Shown here piece after piece: positions 25,601-39,800 of a stretch of DNA of 64,000 bases. The stretch's first letter is position 1. Each line of letters opens with the position of its first letter. The DNA lies in NCBI RefSeq assembly GCF_009914755.1, contig NC_060932.1; one strand, given 5' to 3'. The DNA comes from the human T2T-CHM13v2.0 reference genome, Homo sapiens. The translations under genes and the position numbers were made by a program. A model generated the notes under the pieces. The model saw nothing but the letters and a program-made list of their open reading frames with translations, was not told the DNA's origin and searched no databases.

Positions 25601-27859
25601 GGCCTATGCTGAAAACGGAAATATCTACCTATAGAAACTAGACAGAAGCATTCTGAGAATCACGTTTGTGATGTGGGTACTCAACTAACAGTGTTGATCC
25701 ATTCTTTTGATACAGCAGTTTTGAACCACACTTTTTGTAGAATCTGCAAGTGGATATTTGGATAGCTGTGAGGATTTCGTTGGAAACGGGAATGTCTTCA
25801 TAGAAAATTTAGACAGAAGCATTCTCAGAACCTTGATTGTGATGTGTGTTCTCCACTAACAGAGTTGAACCTTTCTTTTGACAGAACTGTTCTGAAACAT
25901 TCTTTTTATAGAATCTGGAAGTGGATATTTGGAAAGCTTTGAGGATTTCGTTGGAAACGGGAATATCTTCAAATCAAATCTAGCCAGAAGCATTCTAAGA
26001 AACAGCTTAGGGATGTTTACATTCAAGTCACAGAGTTGAACATTCCCTTTCACAGAGCAGGTTTGAAACAATCTTCTCGTACTATCTGGCAGTGGACATT
26101 TTGAGCTCTTTGGGGCCTATGCTGAAAAAGGAAATATCTTCCGACAAAAACTAGACAGAAGCATTCGCAGAATCACGTTTGTGATGTGTGCACTCAACTG
26201 TCAGAATTGAACCTTGGTTTGGACAGAGCACTTTTGAAACACTCTTTTTGTAGAATCTGCAGGTGGATATTTGGCTAGCTTTGAGGATTTCGTTGGAAAC
26301 GGTAATGTCTTCAAAGAAAATCTAGACAGAAGCATTCTCAGAAACAACTTCGTGATGTTTGCAATCAAGTCACAGAGTTGAACCTTCCGTTTCATAGAGC
26401 AGGTTGGAAACACACTTTTTGTAGTATCTGGAAGTGGACATTTGGAGGGCTTTGTAGCCTATCTGGAAAAAGGAAATATCTTCCCATGAATGCGAGGTAG
26501 AAGTAATCTCAGAAACATGTTTATGCTGTATCTACTCAACTAACTGTGCTGAACATTTCTATTGATAGAGCAGTTTTGAGACACTCTTCTTTTGGAATCT
26601 GCAAGTGGATATTTGGATAGATTTGAGGATTTCGTTGGAAACGGGATTATATATAAAAAGTAGACAGCAGCATTCTCAGAAACTTCTTTGTGATGTTTGC
26701 ATCCAGCTCTCAGAGTTGAACATTCCCTTTCATAGAGTAGGTTTGAAACCCTCTTTTTATAGTGTCTGGAAGCGGGCATTTGGAGCGCTTTCAGGCCTAT
26801 GCTTAAAATAGGAAATATCTACCTACAGAAACTAGACAGAAGCATTCTGAGAATCACGTTTGTGATGTGGGTACTCAACTAACAGTGTTGATCCATTCTT
26901 TTGATACAGCAGTTTTGAACCACACTTTTTGTAGAATCTGCAAGAGGATATTTGGATAGCTGTGAGGATTTCGTTGGAAACGGGAATGTCTTCAAAGAAA
27001 ATCTAGACAGAAGCATTCTCAGAAACACCTTCGTGATGTTTGCAATCAAGTCACAGAGTTGAACCTTCCGTTTCATAGAGCAGGTTGGAAACACTCTTAT
27101 TGTAGTATCTGGAAGTGGACATTTGGAGCGCTTTCAGGCCTATGGTGAAAAAGGAAATATCTTCCCATCAAAACGACATAGAAGCTATCTCAGGAACTTG
27201 TTTATGATGCATCTAATCAACTAACAGTGTTGAACCTTTGTACTGACAGAGCACTTTGAAACACTCTTTTTTTGGAATCTGCAAGTGGATATTTGGATCG
27301 CTTTGAGGATTTCGTTGGAAACGGGATGCAATATAAAACGTACACAGCAGCATACTCAGAAAATACTTTGCCATATTTCCATTCAAGTCACAGAGTGGAA
27401 CATTCCCATTCATAGAGCAGGTTGGAAACACTCTTTTTGGAGTATCTGGAAGTGGACATTTGGAGCGCTTTCTGAACTATGGTGAAAAAGGAAATATCTT
27501 CCAATGAAAACAAGACAGAAGCATTCTGAGAAACTTATTTGTGATGTGTGTCCTCAACAAACGGACTTGAACCTTTCGTTTCATGCAGTACTTCTGGAAC
27601 ACTCTTTTTGAAGATTCTGCATGCGGATATTTGGATAGCTTTGAGGATTTCGTTGGAAACGGGCTTACATGTAAAAATTAGACAGCAGCATTCTCAGAAA
27701 CTTCTTTGTGGTGTCTGCATTCAAGTCACAGAATTGAACTTCCCCTCACATAGAGCAGTTGTGCAGCACTCTATTTGTAGTATCTGGAAGTGGACATTTG
27801 GAGGGCTTTGTAGCCTATCTGGAAAAAGGAAATATCTTCCCATGAATGCGAGATAGAAG
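16634..27859 (+). repeat. Three tandem 7-7-8 composite units (3742 bp each)
   Basis: Anchors 16670, 20412, 24154, 27896 are 3742 bp apart, each made of 1193+1193+1356. Confidence 0.92.
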
Positions 27860-30800
27860 TAATCTCAGAAACATGTTTATGCTGTATCTACTCAACTAAC
27901 TGTGCTGAACATTTCTATTGATAGAGCAGTTTTGAGACCCTCTTCTTTTGGAATCTGCAAGTGGATATTTGGATAGATTTGAGGATTTCGTTGGAAACGG
28001 GATTATATATAAAAAGTAGACAGCAGCATTCTCAGAAACTTCTTTGTGATGTTTGCATCCAGCTCTCAGAGTTGAACATTCCCTTTCATAGAGTAGGTTT
28101 GAAACCCTCTTTTTATAGTGTCTGGAAGCGGGCATTTGGAGCGCTTTCAGGCCTATGCTGAAAAAGGAGATATCTACCTATAGAAACTAGACAGAAGCAT
28201 TCTGAGAATCACGTTTGTGATGTGGGTACTCAACTAACAGTGTTGATCCATTCTTTTGATACAGCAGTTTTGAACCACACTTTTTGTAGAATCTGCAAGT
28301 GGATATTTGGATAGCTGTGAGGATTTCGTTGGAAACGGGAATGTCTTCATAGAAAATTTAGACAGAAGCATTCTCAGAACCTTGATTGTGATGTGTGTTC
28401 TCCACTAACAGAGTTGAACCTTTCTTTTGACAGAACTGTTCTGAAACATTCTTTTTATAGAATCTGGAAGTGGATATTTGGAAAGCTTTGAGGATTTCGT
28501 TGGAAACGGGAATATCTTCAAATAAAATCTAGCCAGAAGCATTCTAAGAAACATCTTAGGGATGTTTACATTCAAGTCACAGAGTTGAACATTCCCTTTC
28601 ACAGAGCAGGTTTGAAACAATCTTCTCGTACTATCTGGCAGTGGACATTTTGAGCTCTTTGGGGCCTATGCTGAAAAAGGAAATATCTTCCGACAAAAAC
28701 TAGACAGAAGCATTCGCAGAATCACGTTTGTGATGTGTGCACTCAACTGTCAGAATTGAACCTTGGTTTGGAGAGAGCACTTTTGAAACACTCTTTTTGT
28801 AGAATCTGCAGGTGGATATTTGGCTAGCTTTGAGGATTTCGTTGGAAACGGTAATGTCTTCAAAGAAAATCTAGACAGAAGCATTCTCAGAAACACCTTC
28901 GTGATGTTTGCAATCAAGTCACAGAGTTGAACCTTCCGTTTCATAGAGCAGGTTGGAAACACACTTTTTGTAGTATCTGGAAGTGGACATTTGGAGGGCT
29001 TTGTAGCCTATCTGGAAAAAGGAAATATCTTCCCATGAATGCGAGATAGAAGTAATCTCAGAAACATGTTTATGCTGTATCTACTCAACTAACTGTGCTG
29101 AACATTTCTATTGATAGAGCAGTTTTGAGACACTCTTCTTTTGGAATCTGCAAGTGGATATTTGGATAGATTTGAGGATTTCGTTGGAAACGGGATTATA
29201 TATAAAAAGTAGACAGCAGCATTCTCAGAAACTTCTTTGTGATGTTTGCATCTAGCTCCCAGAGTTGAACATTCCCTTTCATAGAGTAGGTTTGAAACCC
29301 TCTTTTTATAGTGTCTGGAAGCGGGCATTTGGAGCGCTTTCAGGCCTATGCTGAAAAAGGAAATATCTACCTATAGAAACTAGACAGAAGCATTCTGAGA
29401 ATCACGTTTGTGATGTGGGTACTCAACTAACAGTGTTGATCCATTCTTTTGATACAGCAGTTTTGAACCACACTTTTTGTAGAATCTGCAAGTGGATATT
29501 TGGATAGCTGTGAGGATTTCGTTGGAAACGGGAATGTCTTCATAGAAAATTTAGACAGAAGCATTCTCAGAACCTTGATTGTGATGTGTGTTCTCCACTA
29601 ACAGAGTTGAACCTTTCTTTTGACAGAACTGTTCTGAAACATTCTTTTTATAGAATCTGGAAGTGGATATTTGGAAAGCTTTGAGGATTTCGTTGGAAAC
29701 GGGAATATCTTCAAATCAAATCTAGCCAGAAGCATTCTAAGAAACAGCTTAGGGATGTTTACATTCAAGTCACAGAGTTGAACATTCCCTTTCACAGAGC
29801 AGGTTTGAAACAATCTTCTCGTACTATCTGGCAGTGGACATTTTGAGCTCCTTGGGGCCTATGCTGAAAAAGGAAATATCTTCCGACAAAAACTAGACAG
29901 AAGCATTCGCAGAATCACGTTTGTGATGTGTGCACTCAACTGTCAGAATTGAACCTTGGTTTGGAGAGAGCACTTTTGAAACACTCTTTTTGTAGAATCT
30001 GCAGGTGGATATTTGGCTAGCTTTGAGGATTTCGTTGGAAACGGTAATGTCTTCAAAGAAAATCTAGACAGAAGCATTCTCAGAAACACCTTCGTGATGT
30101 TTGCAATCAAGTCACAGAGTTGAACCTTCCGTTTCATAGAGCAGGTTGGAAACACTCTTTTTGTAGTATCTGGAAGTGGACATTTGGAGGGCTTTGTAGC
30201 CTATCTGGAAAAAGGAAATATCTTCCCATGAATGCGAGATAGAAGTAATCTCAGAAACATGTTTATGCTGTATCTACTCAACTAACTGTGCTGAACATTT
30301 CTATTGATAGAGCAGTTTTGAGACACTCTTCTTTTGGAATCTGCAAGTGGATATTTGGATAGATTTGAGGATTTCGTTGGAAACGGGATTATATATAAAA
30401 AGTAGACAGCAGCATTCTCAGAAACTTCTTTGTGATGTTTGCATCCAGCTCTCAGAGTTGAACATTCCCTTTCATAGAGTAGGTTTGAAACCCTCTTTTT
30501 ATAGTGTCTGGAAGCGGGCATTTGGAGCGCTTTCAGGCCTATGCTTAAAATAGGAAATATCTACCTACAGAAACTAGACAGAAGCATTCTGAGAATCACG
30601 TTTGTGATGTGGGTACTCAACTAACAGTGTTGATCCATTCTTTTGATACAGCAGTTTTGAACCACACTTTTTGTAGAATCTGCAAGAGGATATTTGGATA
30701 GCTGTGAGGATTTCGTTGGAAACGGGAATGTCTTCAAAGAAAATCTAGACAGAAGCATTCTCAGAAACACCTTCGTGATGTTTGCAATCAAGTCACAGAG

Positions 30801-33800
30801 TTGAACCTTCCGTTTCATAGAGCAGGTTGGAAACACTCTTATTGTAGTATCTGGAAGTGGACATTTGGAGCGCTTTCAGGCCTATGGTGAAAAAGGAAAT
30901 ATCTTCCCATAAAAACGACATAGAAGCTATCTCAGGAACTTGTTTATGATGCATCTAATCAACCAACAGTGTTGAACCTTTGTACTGACAGAGCACTTTG
31001 AAACACTCTTTTTTTGGAATCTGCAAGTGGATATTTGGATCGCTTTGAGGATTTCGTTGGAAACGGGATGCAATATAAAACGTACACAGCAGCATACTCA
31101 GAAAATACTTTGCCATATTTCCATTCAAGTCACAGAGTGGAACATTCCCATTCATAGAGCAGGTTGGAAACACTCTTTTTGGAGTATCTGGAAGTGGACA
31201 TTTGGAGCGCTTTCTGAACTATGGTGAAAAAGGAAATATCTTCCAATGAAAACAAGACAGAAGCATTCTGAGAAACTTATTTGTGATGTGTGTCCTCAAC
31301 AAACGGACTTGAACCTTTCGTTTCATGCAGTACTTCTGGAACACTCTTTTTGAAGATTCTGCATGCGGATATTTGGATAGCTTTGAGGATTTCGTTGGAA
31401 ACGGGCTTACATGTAAAAATTAGACAGCAGCATTCTCAGAAACTTCTTTGTGGTGTCTGCATTCAAGTCACAGAATTGAACTTCCCCTCACATAGAGCAG
31501 TTGTGCAGCACTCTATTTGTAGTATCTGGAAGTGGACATTTGGAGGGCTTTGTAGCCTATCTGGAAAAAGGAAATATCTTCCCATGAATGCGAGATAGAA
31601 GTAATCTCAGAAACATGTTTATGCTGTATCTACTCAACTAACTGTGCTGAACATTTCTATTGATAGAGCAGTTTTGAGACACTCTTCTTTTGGAATCTGC
31701 AAGTGGATATTTGGATAGATTTGAGGATTTCGTTGGAAACGGGATTATATATAAAAAGTAGACAGCAGCATTCTCAGAAACTTCTTTGTGATGTTTGCAT
31801 ATAGCTCTCAGAGTTGAACACTCCCTTTCATAGAGTAGGTTTGAAACCCTCTTTTTATAGTGTCTGGAAGCGGGCATTTTGAGCGCTTTCAGGCCTATGC
31901 TTAAAATAGGAAATATCTACCTATAGAAACTAGACAGAAGCATTCTGAGAATCACGTTTGTGATGTGGGTACTCAACTAACAGTGTTGATCCATTCTTTT
32001 GATACAGCAGTTTTGAACCACACTTTTTGTAGAATCTGCAAGAGGATATTTGGATAGCTGTGAGGATTTCGTTGGAAACGGGAATGTCTTCAAAGAAAAT
32101 CTAGACAGAAGCATTCTCAGAAACACCTTCGTGATGTTTGCAATCAAGTCACAGAGTTGAACCTTCCGTTTCATACAGCAGGTTGGAAACACTCTTATTG
32201 TAGTATCTGGAAGGGGACATTTGGAGCGCTTTCAGGCCTATGGTGAAAAAGGAAATATCTTCCCATAAAAACGACATAGAAGCTGTCTCAGGAACTTGTT
32301 TATGATGCATCTAATCAACTAACAGTGTTGAACCTTTGTACTGACAGAGCAGTTTGAAACACTCTTTTTTTGGAATCTGCAAGTGGATATTTGGATCGCT
32401 TTGAGGATTTCGTTGGAAACGGGATGCAATATAAAACGTACACAGCAGCATACTCAGAAAATACTTTGCCATATTTCCATTCAAGTCACAGAGTGGAACA
32501 TTCCCATTCATAGAGCAGGTTTGAAACACTCTTTTTGGAGTATCTGGAAGTGGACATTTGGAGCGCTTTCTGAACTATGGTGAAAAAGGAAATATCTTCC
32601 AATGAAAACAAGACAGAAGCATTCTGAGAAACTTATTTGTGATGTGTGTCCTCAACAAACGGACTTGAACCTTTCGTTTCATGCAGTACTTCTGGAACAC
32701 TCTTTTTGAAGATTCTGCATGCGGATATTTGGATAGCTTTGAGGATTTCGTTGGAAACGGGCTTACATGTAAAAATTAGACAGCAGCATTCTCAGAAACT
32801 TCTTTGTGGTGTCTGCATTCAAGTCACAGAATTGAACTTCCCCTCACATAGAGCAGTTGTGCAGCACTCTATTTGTAGTATCTGGAAGTGGACATTTGGA
32901 GGGCTTTGTAGCCTATCTGGAAAAAGGAAATATCTTCCCATGAATGCGAGATAGAAGTAATCTGAGAAACATGTTTATGCTGTATCTACTCAACTAACTG
33001 TGCTGAACATTTCTATTGATAGAGCAGTTTTGAGACACTCTTCTTTTGGAATCTGCAAGTGGATATTTGGATAGATTTGAGGATTTCGTTGGAAACGGGA
33101 TTATATATAAAAAGTAGACAGCAGCATTCTCAGAAACTTCTTTGTGATGTTTGCATCCAGCTCTCAGAGTTGAACATTCCCTTTCATAGAGTAGGTTTGA
33201 AACCCTCTTTTTATAGTGTCTGGAAGCGGGCATTTGGAGCGCTTTCAGGCCTATGCTTAAAATAGGAAATATCTACCTACAGAAACTAGACAGAAGCATT
33301 CTGAGAATCACGTTTGTGATGTGGGTACTCAACTAACAGTGTTGATCCATTCTTTTGATAAAGCAGTTTTGAACCACACTTTTTGTAGAATCTGCAAGAG
33401 GATATTTGGATAGCTGTGAGGATTTCGTTGGAAACGGGAATGTCTTCAAAGAAAATCTAGACAGAAGCATTCTCAGAAACACCTTCGTGATGTTTGCAAT
33501 CAAGTCACAGAGTTGAACCTTCCGTTTCATAGAGCAGGTTGGAAACACTCTTATTGTAGTATCTGGAAGTGGACATTTGGAGCGCTTTCAGGCCTATGGT
33601 GAAAAAGGAAATATCTTCCCATAAAAACGACATAGAAGCTATCTCAGGAACTTGTTTATGATGCATCTAATCAACTAACAGTGTTGAACCTTTGTACTGA
33701 CAGAGCAGTTTGAAACACTCTTTTTTTGGAATCTGCAAGTGGATATTTGGATCACTTTGAGGATTTCGTTGGAAACGGGATGCAATATAAAACGTACACA

Positions 33801-36800
33801 GCAGCATACTCAGAAAATACTTTGCCATGTTTCCATTCAAGTCACAGAGTGGAACATTCCCATTCATAGAGCAGGTTGGAAACACTCTTTTTGGAGTATC
33901 TGGAAGTGGACATTTGGAGCGCTTTCTGAACTATGGTGAAAAAGGAAATATCTTCCAATGAAAACAAGACAGAAGCATTCTGAGAAACTTATTTGTGATG
34001 TGTGTCCTCAACAAACGGACTTGAACCTTTCGTTTCATGCAGTACTTCTGGAACACTCTTTTTGAAGATTCTGCATGCGGATATTTGGATAGCTTTGAGG
34101 ATTTCGTTGGAAACGGGCTTACATGTAAAAATTAGACAGCAGCATTCTCAGAAACTTCTTTGTGGTGTCTGCATTCAAGTCACAGAATTGAACTTCCCCT
34201 CACATAGAGCAGTTGTGCAGCACTCTATTTGTAGTATCTGGAAGTGGACATTTGGAGGGCTTTGTAGCCTATCTGGAAAAAGGAAATATCTTCCCATGAA
34301 TGCGAGATAGAAGTAATCTCAGAAACATGTTTATGCTGTATCTACTCAACTAACTGTGCTGAACATTTCTATTGATAGAGCAGTTTTGAGACACTCTTCT
34401 TTTGGAATCTGCAAGTGGATATTTGGATAGATTTGAGGATTTCGTTGGAAACGGGATTATATATAAAAAGTAGACAGCAGCATTCTCAGAAACTTCTTTG
34501 TGATGTTTGCATCCAGCTCTCAGAGTTGAACATTCCCTTTCATAGAGTAGGTTTGAAACCCTCTTTTTATAGTGTCTGGAAGCGGGCATTTGGAGCGCTT
34601 TCAGGCCTATGCTTAAAATAGGAAATATCTACCTACAGAAACTAGACAGAAGCATTCTGAGAATCACGTTTGTGATGTGGGTACTCAACTAACAGTGTTG
34701 ATCCATTCTTTTGATACAGCAGTTTTGAACCACACTTTTTGTAGAATCTGCAAGAGGATATTTGGATAGCTGTGAGGATTTCGTTGGAAACGGTAATGTC
34801 TTCAAAGAAAATCTAGACAGAAGCATTCTCAGAAACACCTTCGTGATGTTTGCAATCAAGTCACAGAGTTGAACCTTCCGTTTCATAGAGCAGGTTGGAA
34901 ACACTCTTATTGTAGTATCTGGAAGTGGACATTTGGAGCGCTTTCAGGCCTATGGTGAAAAAGGAAATATCTTCCCATAAAAACGACATAGAAGCTATCT
35001 CAGGAACTTGTTTATGATGCATCTAATCAACTAACAGTGTTGAACCTTTGTACTGACAGAGCACTTTGAAACACTCTTTTTTTGGAATCTGCAAGTGGAT
35101 ATTTGGATCGCTTTGAGGATTTCGTTGGAAACGGGATGCAATATAAAACGTACACAGCAGCATACTCAGAAAATACTTTGCCATATTTCCATTCAAGTCA
35201 CAGAGTGGAACATTCCCATTCATAGAGCAGGTTGGAAACACTCTTTTTGGAGTATCTGGAAGTGGACATTTGGAGCGCTTTCTGAACTATGGTGAAAAAG
35301 GAAATATCTTCCAATGAAAACAAGACAGAAGCATTCTGAGAAACTTATTTGTGATGTGTGTCCTCAACAAACGGACTTGAACCTTTCGTTTCATGCAGTA
35401 CTTCTGGAACACTCTTTTTGAAGATTCTGCATGCGGATATTTGGATAGCTTTGAGGATTTCGTTGGAAACGGGCTTACATGTAAAAATTAGACAGCAGCA
35501 TTCTCAGAAACTTCTTTGTGGTGTCTGCATTCAAGTCACAGAATTGAACTTCCCCTCACATAGAGCAGTTGTGCAGCACTCTATTTGTAGTATCTGGAAG
35601 TGGACATTTGGAGGGCTTTGTAGCCTATCTGGAAAAAGGAAATATCTTCCCATGAATGCGAGATAGAAGTAATCTCAGAAACATGTTTATGCTGTATCTA
35701 CTCAACTAACTGTGCTGAACATTTCTATTGATAGAGCAGTTTTGAGACACTCTTCTTTTGGAATCTGCAAGTGGATATTTGGATAGATTTGAGGATTTCG
35801 TTGGAAACGGGATTATATATAAAAAGTAGACAGCAGCATTCTCAGAAACTTCTTTGTGATGTTTGCATCCAGCTCTCAGAGTTGAACATTCCCTTTCATA
35901 GAGTAGGTTTGAAACCCTCTTTTTATAGTGTCTGGAAGCGGGCATTTGGAGCGCTTTCAGGCCTATGCTGAAAAAGGAAATATCTACATATAGAAACTAG
36001 ACAGAAGCATTCTGAGAATCAAGTTTGTGATGTGGGTACTCAACTAACAGTGTTGATCCATTCTTTTGATACAGCAGTTTTGAACCACACTTTTTGTAGA
36101 ATCTGCAAGTGGATATTTGGATAGCTGTGAGGATTTCGTTGGAAACGGGAATGTCTTCATAGAAAATTTAGACAGAAGCATTCTCAGAACCTTGATTGTG
36201 ATGTGTGTTCTCCACTAACAGAGTTGAACCTTTCTTTTGACAGAACTGTTCTGAAACATTCTTTTTATAGAATCTGGAAGTGGATATTTGGAAAGCTTTG
36301 AGGATTTCGTTGGAAACGGGAATATCTTCAAATAAAATCTAGCCAGAAGCATTCTAAGAAACATCTTAGGGATGTTTACATTCAAGTCACAGAGTTGAAC
36401 ATTCCCTTTCACAGAGCAGGTTTGAAACAATCTTCTCGTACTATCTGGCAGTGGACATTTTGAGCTCTTTGGGGCCTATGCTGAAAAAGGAAATATCTTC
36501 CGACAAAAACTAGTCAGAAGCATTCGCAGAATCACGTTTGTGATGTGTGCACTCAACTGTCAGAATTGAACCTTGGTTTGGAGAGAGCACTTTTGAAACA
36601 CACTTTTTGTAGAATCTGCAGGTGGATATTTGGCTAGCTTTGAGGATTTCGTTGGAAACGGTAATGTCTTCAAAGAAAATCTAGACAGAAGCATTCTCAG
36701 AAACACCTTCGTGATGTTTGCAATCAAGTCACAGAGTTGAACCTTCCGTTTCATAGAGCAGGTTGGAAACACACTTTTTGTAGTATCTGGAAGTGGACAT

Positions 36801-36862
36801 TTGGAGGGCTTTGTAGCCTATCTGGAAAAAGGAAATATCTTCCCATGAATGCGAGATAGATG

Positions 36863-39800
36863 TAATCTCAGAAACATGTTTATGCTGTATCTACTCAACT
36901 AACTGTGCTGAACATTTCTATTGATAGAGCAGTTTTGAGACACTCTTCTTTTGGAATCTGCAAGTGGATATTTGGATAGATTTGAGGATTTCGTTGGAAA
37001 CGGGATTATATATAAAAAGTAGACAGCAGCATTCTCAGAAACTTCTTTGTGATGTTTGCATCCAGCTCTCAGAGTTGAACATTCCCTTTCATAGAGTAGG
37101 TTTGAAACCCTCTTTTTATAGTGTCTGGAAGCGGGCATTTGGAGCGCTTTCAGGCCTATGCTGAAAAAGGAAATATCTACCTATAGAAACTAGACAGAAG
37201 CATTCTGAGAATCACGTTTGTGATGTGGGTACTCAACTAACAGTGTTGATCCATTCTTTTGATACAGCAGTTTTGAACCACACTTTTTGTAGAATCTGCA
37301 AGTGGATATTTGGATAGCTGTGAGGATTTCGTTGGAAACGGGAATGTCTTCATAGAAAATTTAGACAGAAGCATTCTCAGAACCTTGATTGTGATGTGTG
37401 TTCTCCACTAACAGAGTTGAACCTTTCTTTTGACAGAACTGTTCTGAAACATTCTTTTTATAGAATCTGGAAGTGGATATTTGGAAAGCTTTGAGGATTT
37501 CGTTGGAAACGGGAATATCTTCAAATCAAATCTAGCCAGAAGCATTCTAAGAAACAGCTTAGGGATGTTTACATTCAAGTCACAGAGTTGAACATTCCCT
37601 TTCACAGAGCAGGTTTGAAACAATCTTCTCGTACTATCTGGCAGTGGACATTTTGAGCTCCTTGGGGCCTATGCTGAAAAAGGAAATATCTTCCGACAAA
37701 AACTAGACAGAAGCATTCGCAGAATCACGTTTGTGATGTGTGCACTCAACTGTCAGAATTGAACCTTGGTTTGGACAGAGCACTTTTGAAACACTCTTTT
37801 TGTAGAATCTGCAGGTGGATATTTGGCTAGCTTTGAGGATTTCGTTGGAAACGGTAATGTCTTCAAAGAAAATCTAGACAGAAGCATTCTCAGAAACACC
37901 TTCGTGATGTTTGCAATCAAGTCACAGAGTTGAACCTTCCGTTTCATAGAGCAGGTTGGAAACACTCTTTTTGTAGTATCTGGAAGTGGACATTTGGAGT
38001 GCTTTCAGGCCTATGGTGAAAAAGGAAATATCTTCCCATAAAAACGACATAGAAGCTATCTCAGGAACTTGTTTATGATGCATCTAATCAACTAACAGTG
38101 TTGAACCTTTGTACTGACAGAGCAGTTTGAAACACTCTTTTTTTGGAATCTGCAAGTGGATATTTGGATCGCTTTGAGGATTTCGTTGGAAACGGGATGC
38201 AATATAAAACGTACACAGCAGCATACTCAGAAAATACTTTGCCATATTTCCATTCAAGTCACAGAGTGGAACATTCCCATTCATAGAGCAGGTTGGAAAC
38301 ACTCTTTTTGGAGTATCTGGAAGTGGACATTTGGAGCGCTTTCTGAACTATGGTGAAAAAGGAAATATCTTCCAATGAAAACAAGACAGAAGCATTCTGA
38401 GAAACTTATTTGTGATGTGTGTCCTCAACAAACGGACTTGAACCTTTCGTTTCATGCAGTACTTCTGGAACACTCTTTTTGAAGATTCTGCATGCGGATA
38501 TTTGGATAGCTTTGAGGATTTCGTTGGAAACGGGCTTACATGTAAAAATTAGACAGCAGCATTCTCAGAAACTTCTTTGTGGTGTCTGCATTCAAGTCAC
38601 AGAATTGAACTTCCCCTCACATAGAGCAGTTGTGCAGCACTCTATTTGTAGTATCTGGAAGTGGACATTTGGAGGGCTTTGTAGCCTATCTGGAAAAAGG
38701 AAATATCTTCCCATGAATGCGAGATAGAAGTAATCTCAGAAACATGTTTATGCTGTATCTACTCAACTAACTGTGCTGAACATTTCTATTGATAGAGCAG
38801 TTTTGAGACCCTCTTCTTTTGGAATCTGCAAGTGGATATTTGGATAGATTTGAGGATTTCGTTGGAAACGGGATGATATATAAAAAGTAGACAGCAGCAT
38901 TCTCAGAAACTTCTTTGTGATGTTTGCATCCAGCTCTCAGAGTTGAACATTCCCTTTCATAGAGTAGGTTTGAAACCCTCTTTTTATAGTGTCTGGAAGC
39001 GGGCATTTGGAGCGCTTTCAGGCCTATGCTGAAAAAGGAAATATCTACATATAGAAACTAGACAGAAGCATTCTGAGAATCAAGTTTGTGATGTGGGTAC
39101 TCAACTAACAGTGTTGATCCATTCTTTTGATACAGCAGTTTTGAACCACACTTTTTGTAGAATCTGCAAGTGGATATTTGGATAGCTGTGAGGATTTCGT
39201 TGGAAACGGGAATGTCTTCATAGAAAATTTAGACAGAAGCATTCTCAGAACCTTGATTGTGATGTGTGTTCTCCACTAACAGAGTTGAACCTTTCTTTAG
39301 ACAGAACTGTTCTGAAACATTCTTTTTATAGAATCTGGAAGTGGATATTTGGAAAGCTTTGAGGATTTCGTTGGAAACGGGAATATCTTCAAATAAAATC
39401 TAGCCAGAAGCATTCTAAGAAACATCTTAGGGATGTTTACATTCAAGTCACAGAGTTGAACATTCCCTTTCACAGAGCAGGTTTGAAACAATCTTCTCGT
39501 ACTATCTGGCAGTGGACATTTTGAGCTCCTTGGGGCCTATGCTGAAAAAGGAAATATCTTCCGACAAAAACTAGACAGAAGCATTCGCAGAATCACGTTT
39601 GTGATGTGTGCACTCAACTGTCAGAATTGAACCTTGGTTTGGACAGAGCACTTTTGAAACACTCTTTTTGTAGAATCTGCAGGTGGATATTTGGCTAGCT
39701 TTGAGGATTTCGTTGGAAACGGTAATGTCTTCAAAGAAAATCTAGACAGAAGCATTCTCAGAAACACCTTCGTGATGTTTGCAATCAAGTCACAGAGTTG

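Larger units (their letters stand above)
152..27859 (+). repeat. Super-repeat copy 1 (27,708 bp; 21 HOR units)
   Basis: Unit order 7 7 8 8 8 8 7 11 restarts at 27860 with the same rare SNVs at offset 27,708. Confidence 0.85.
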
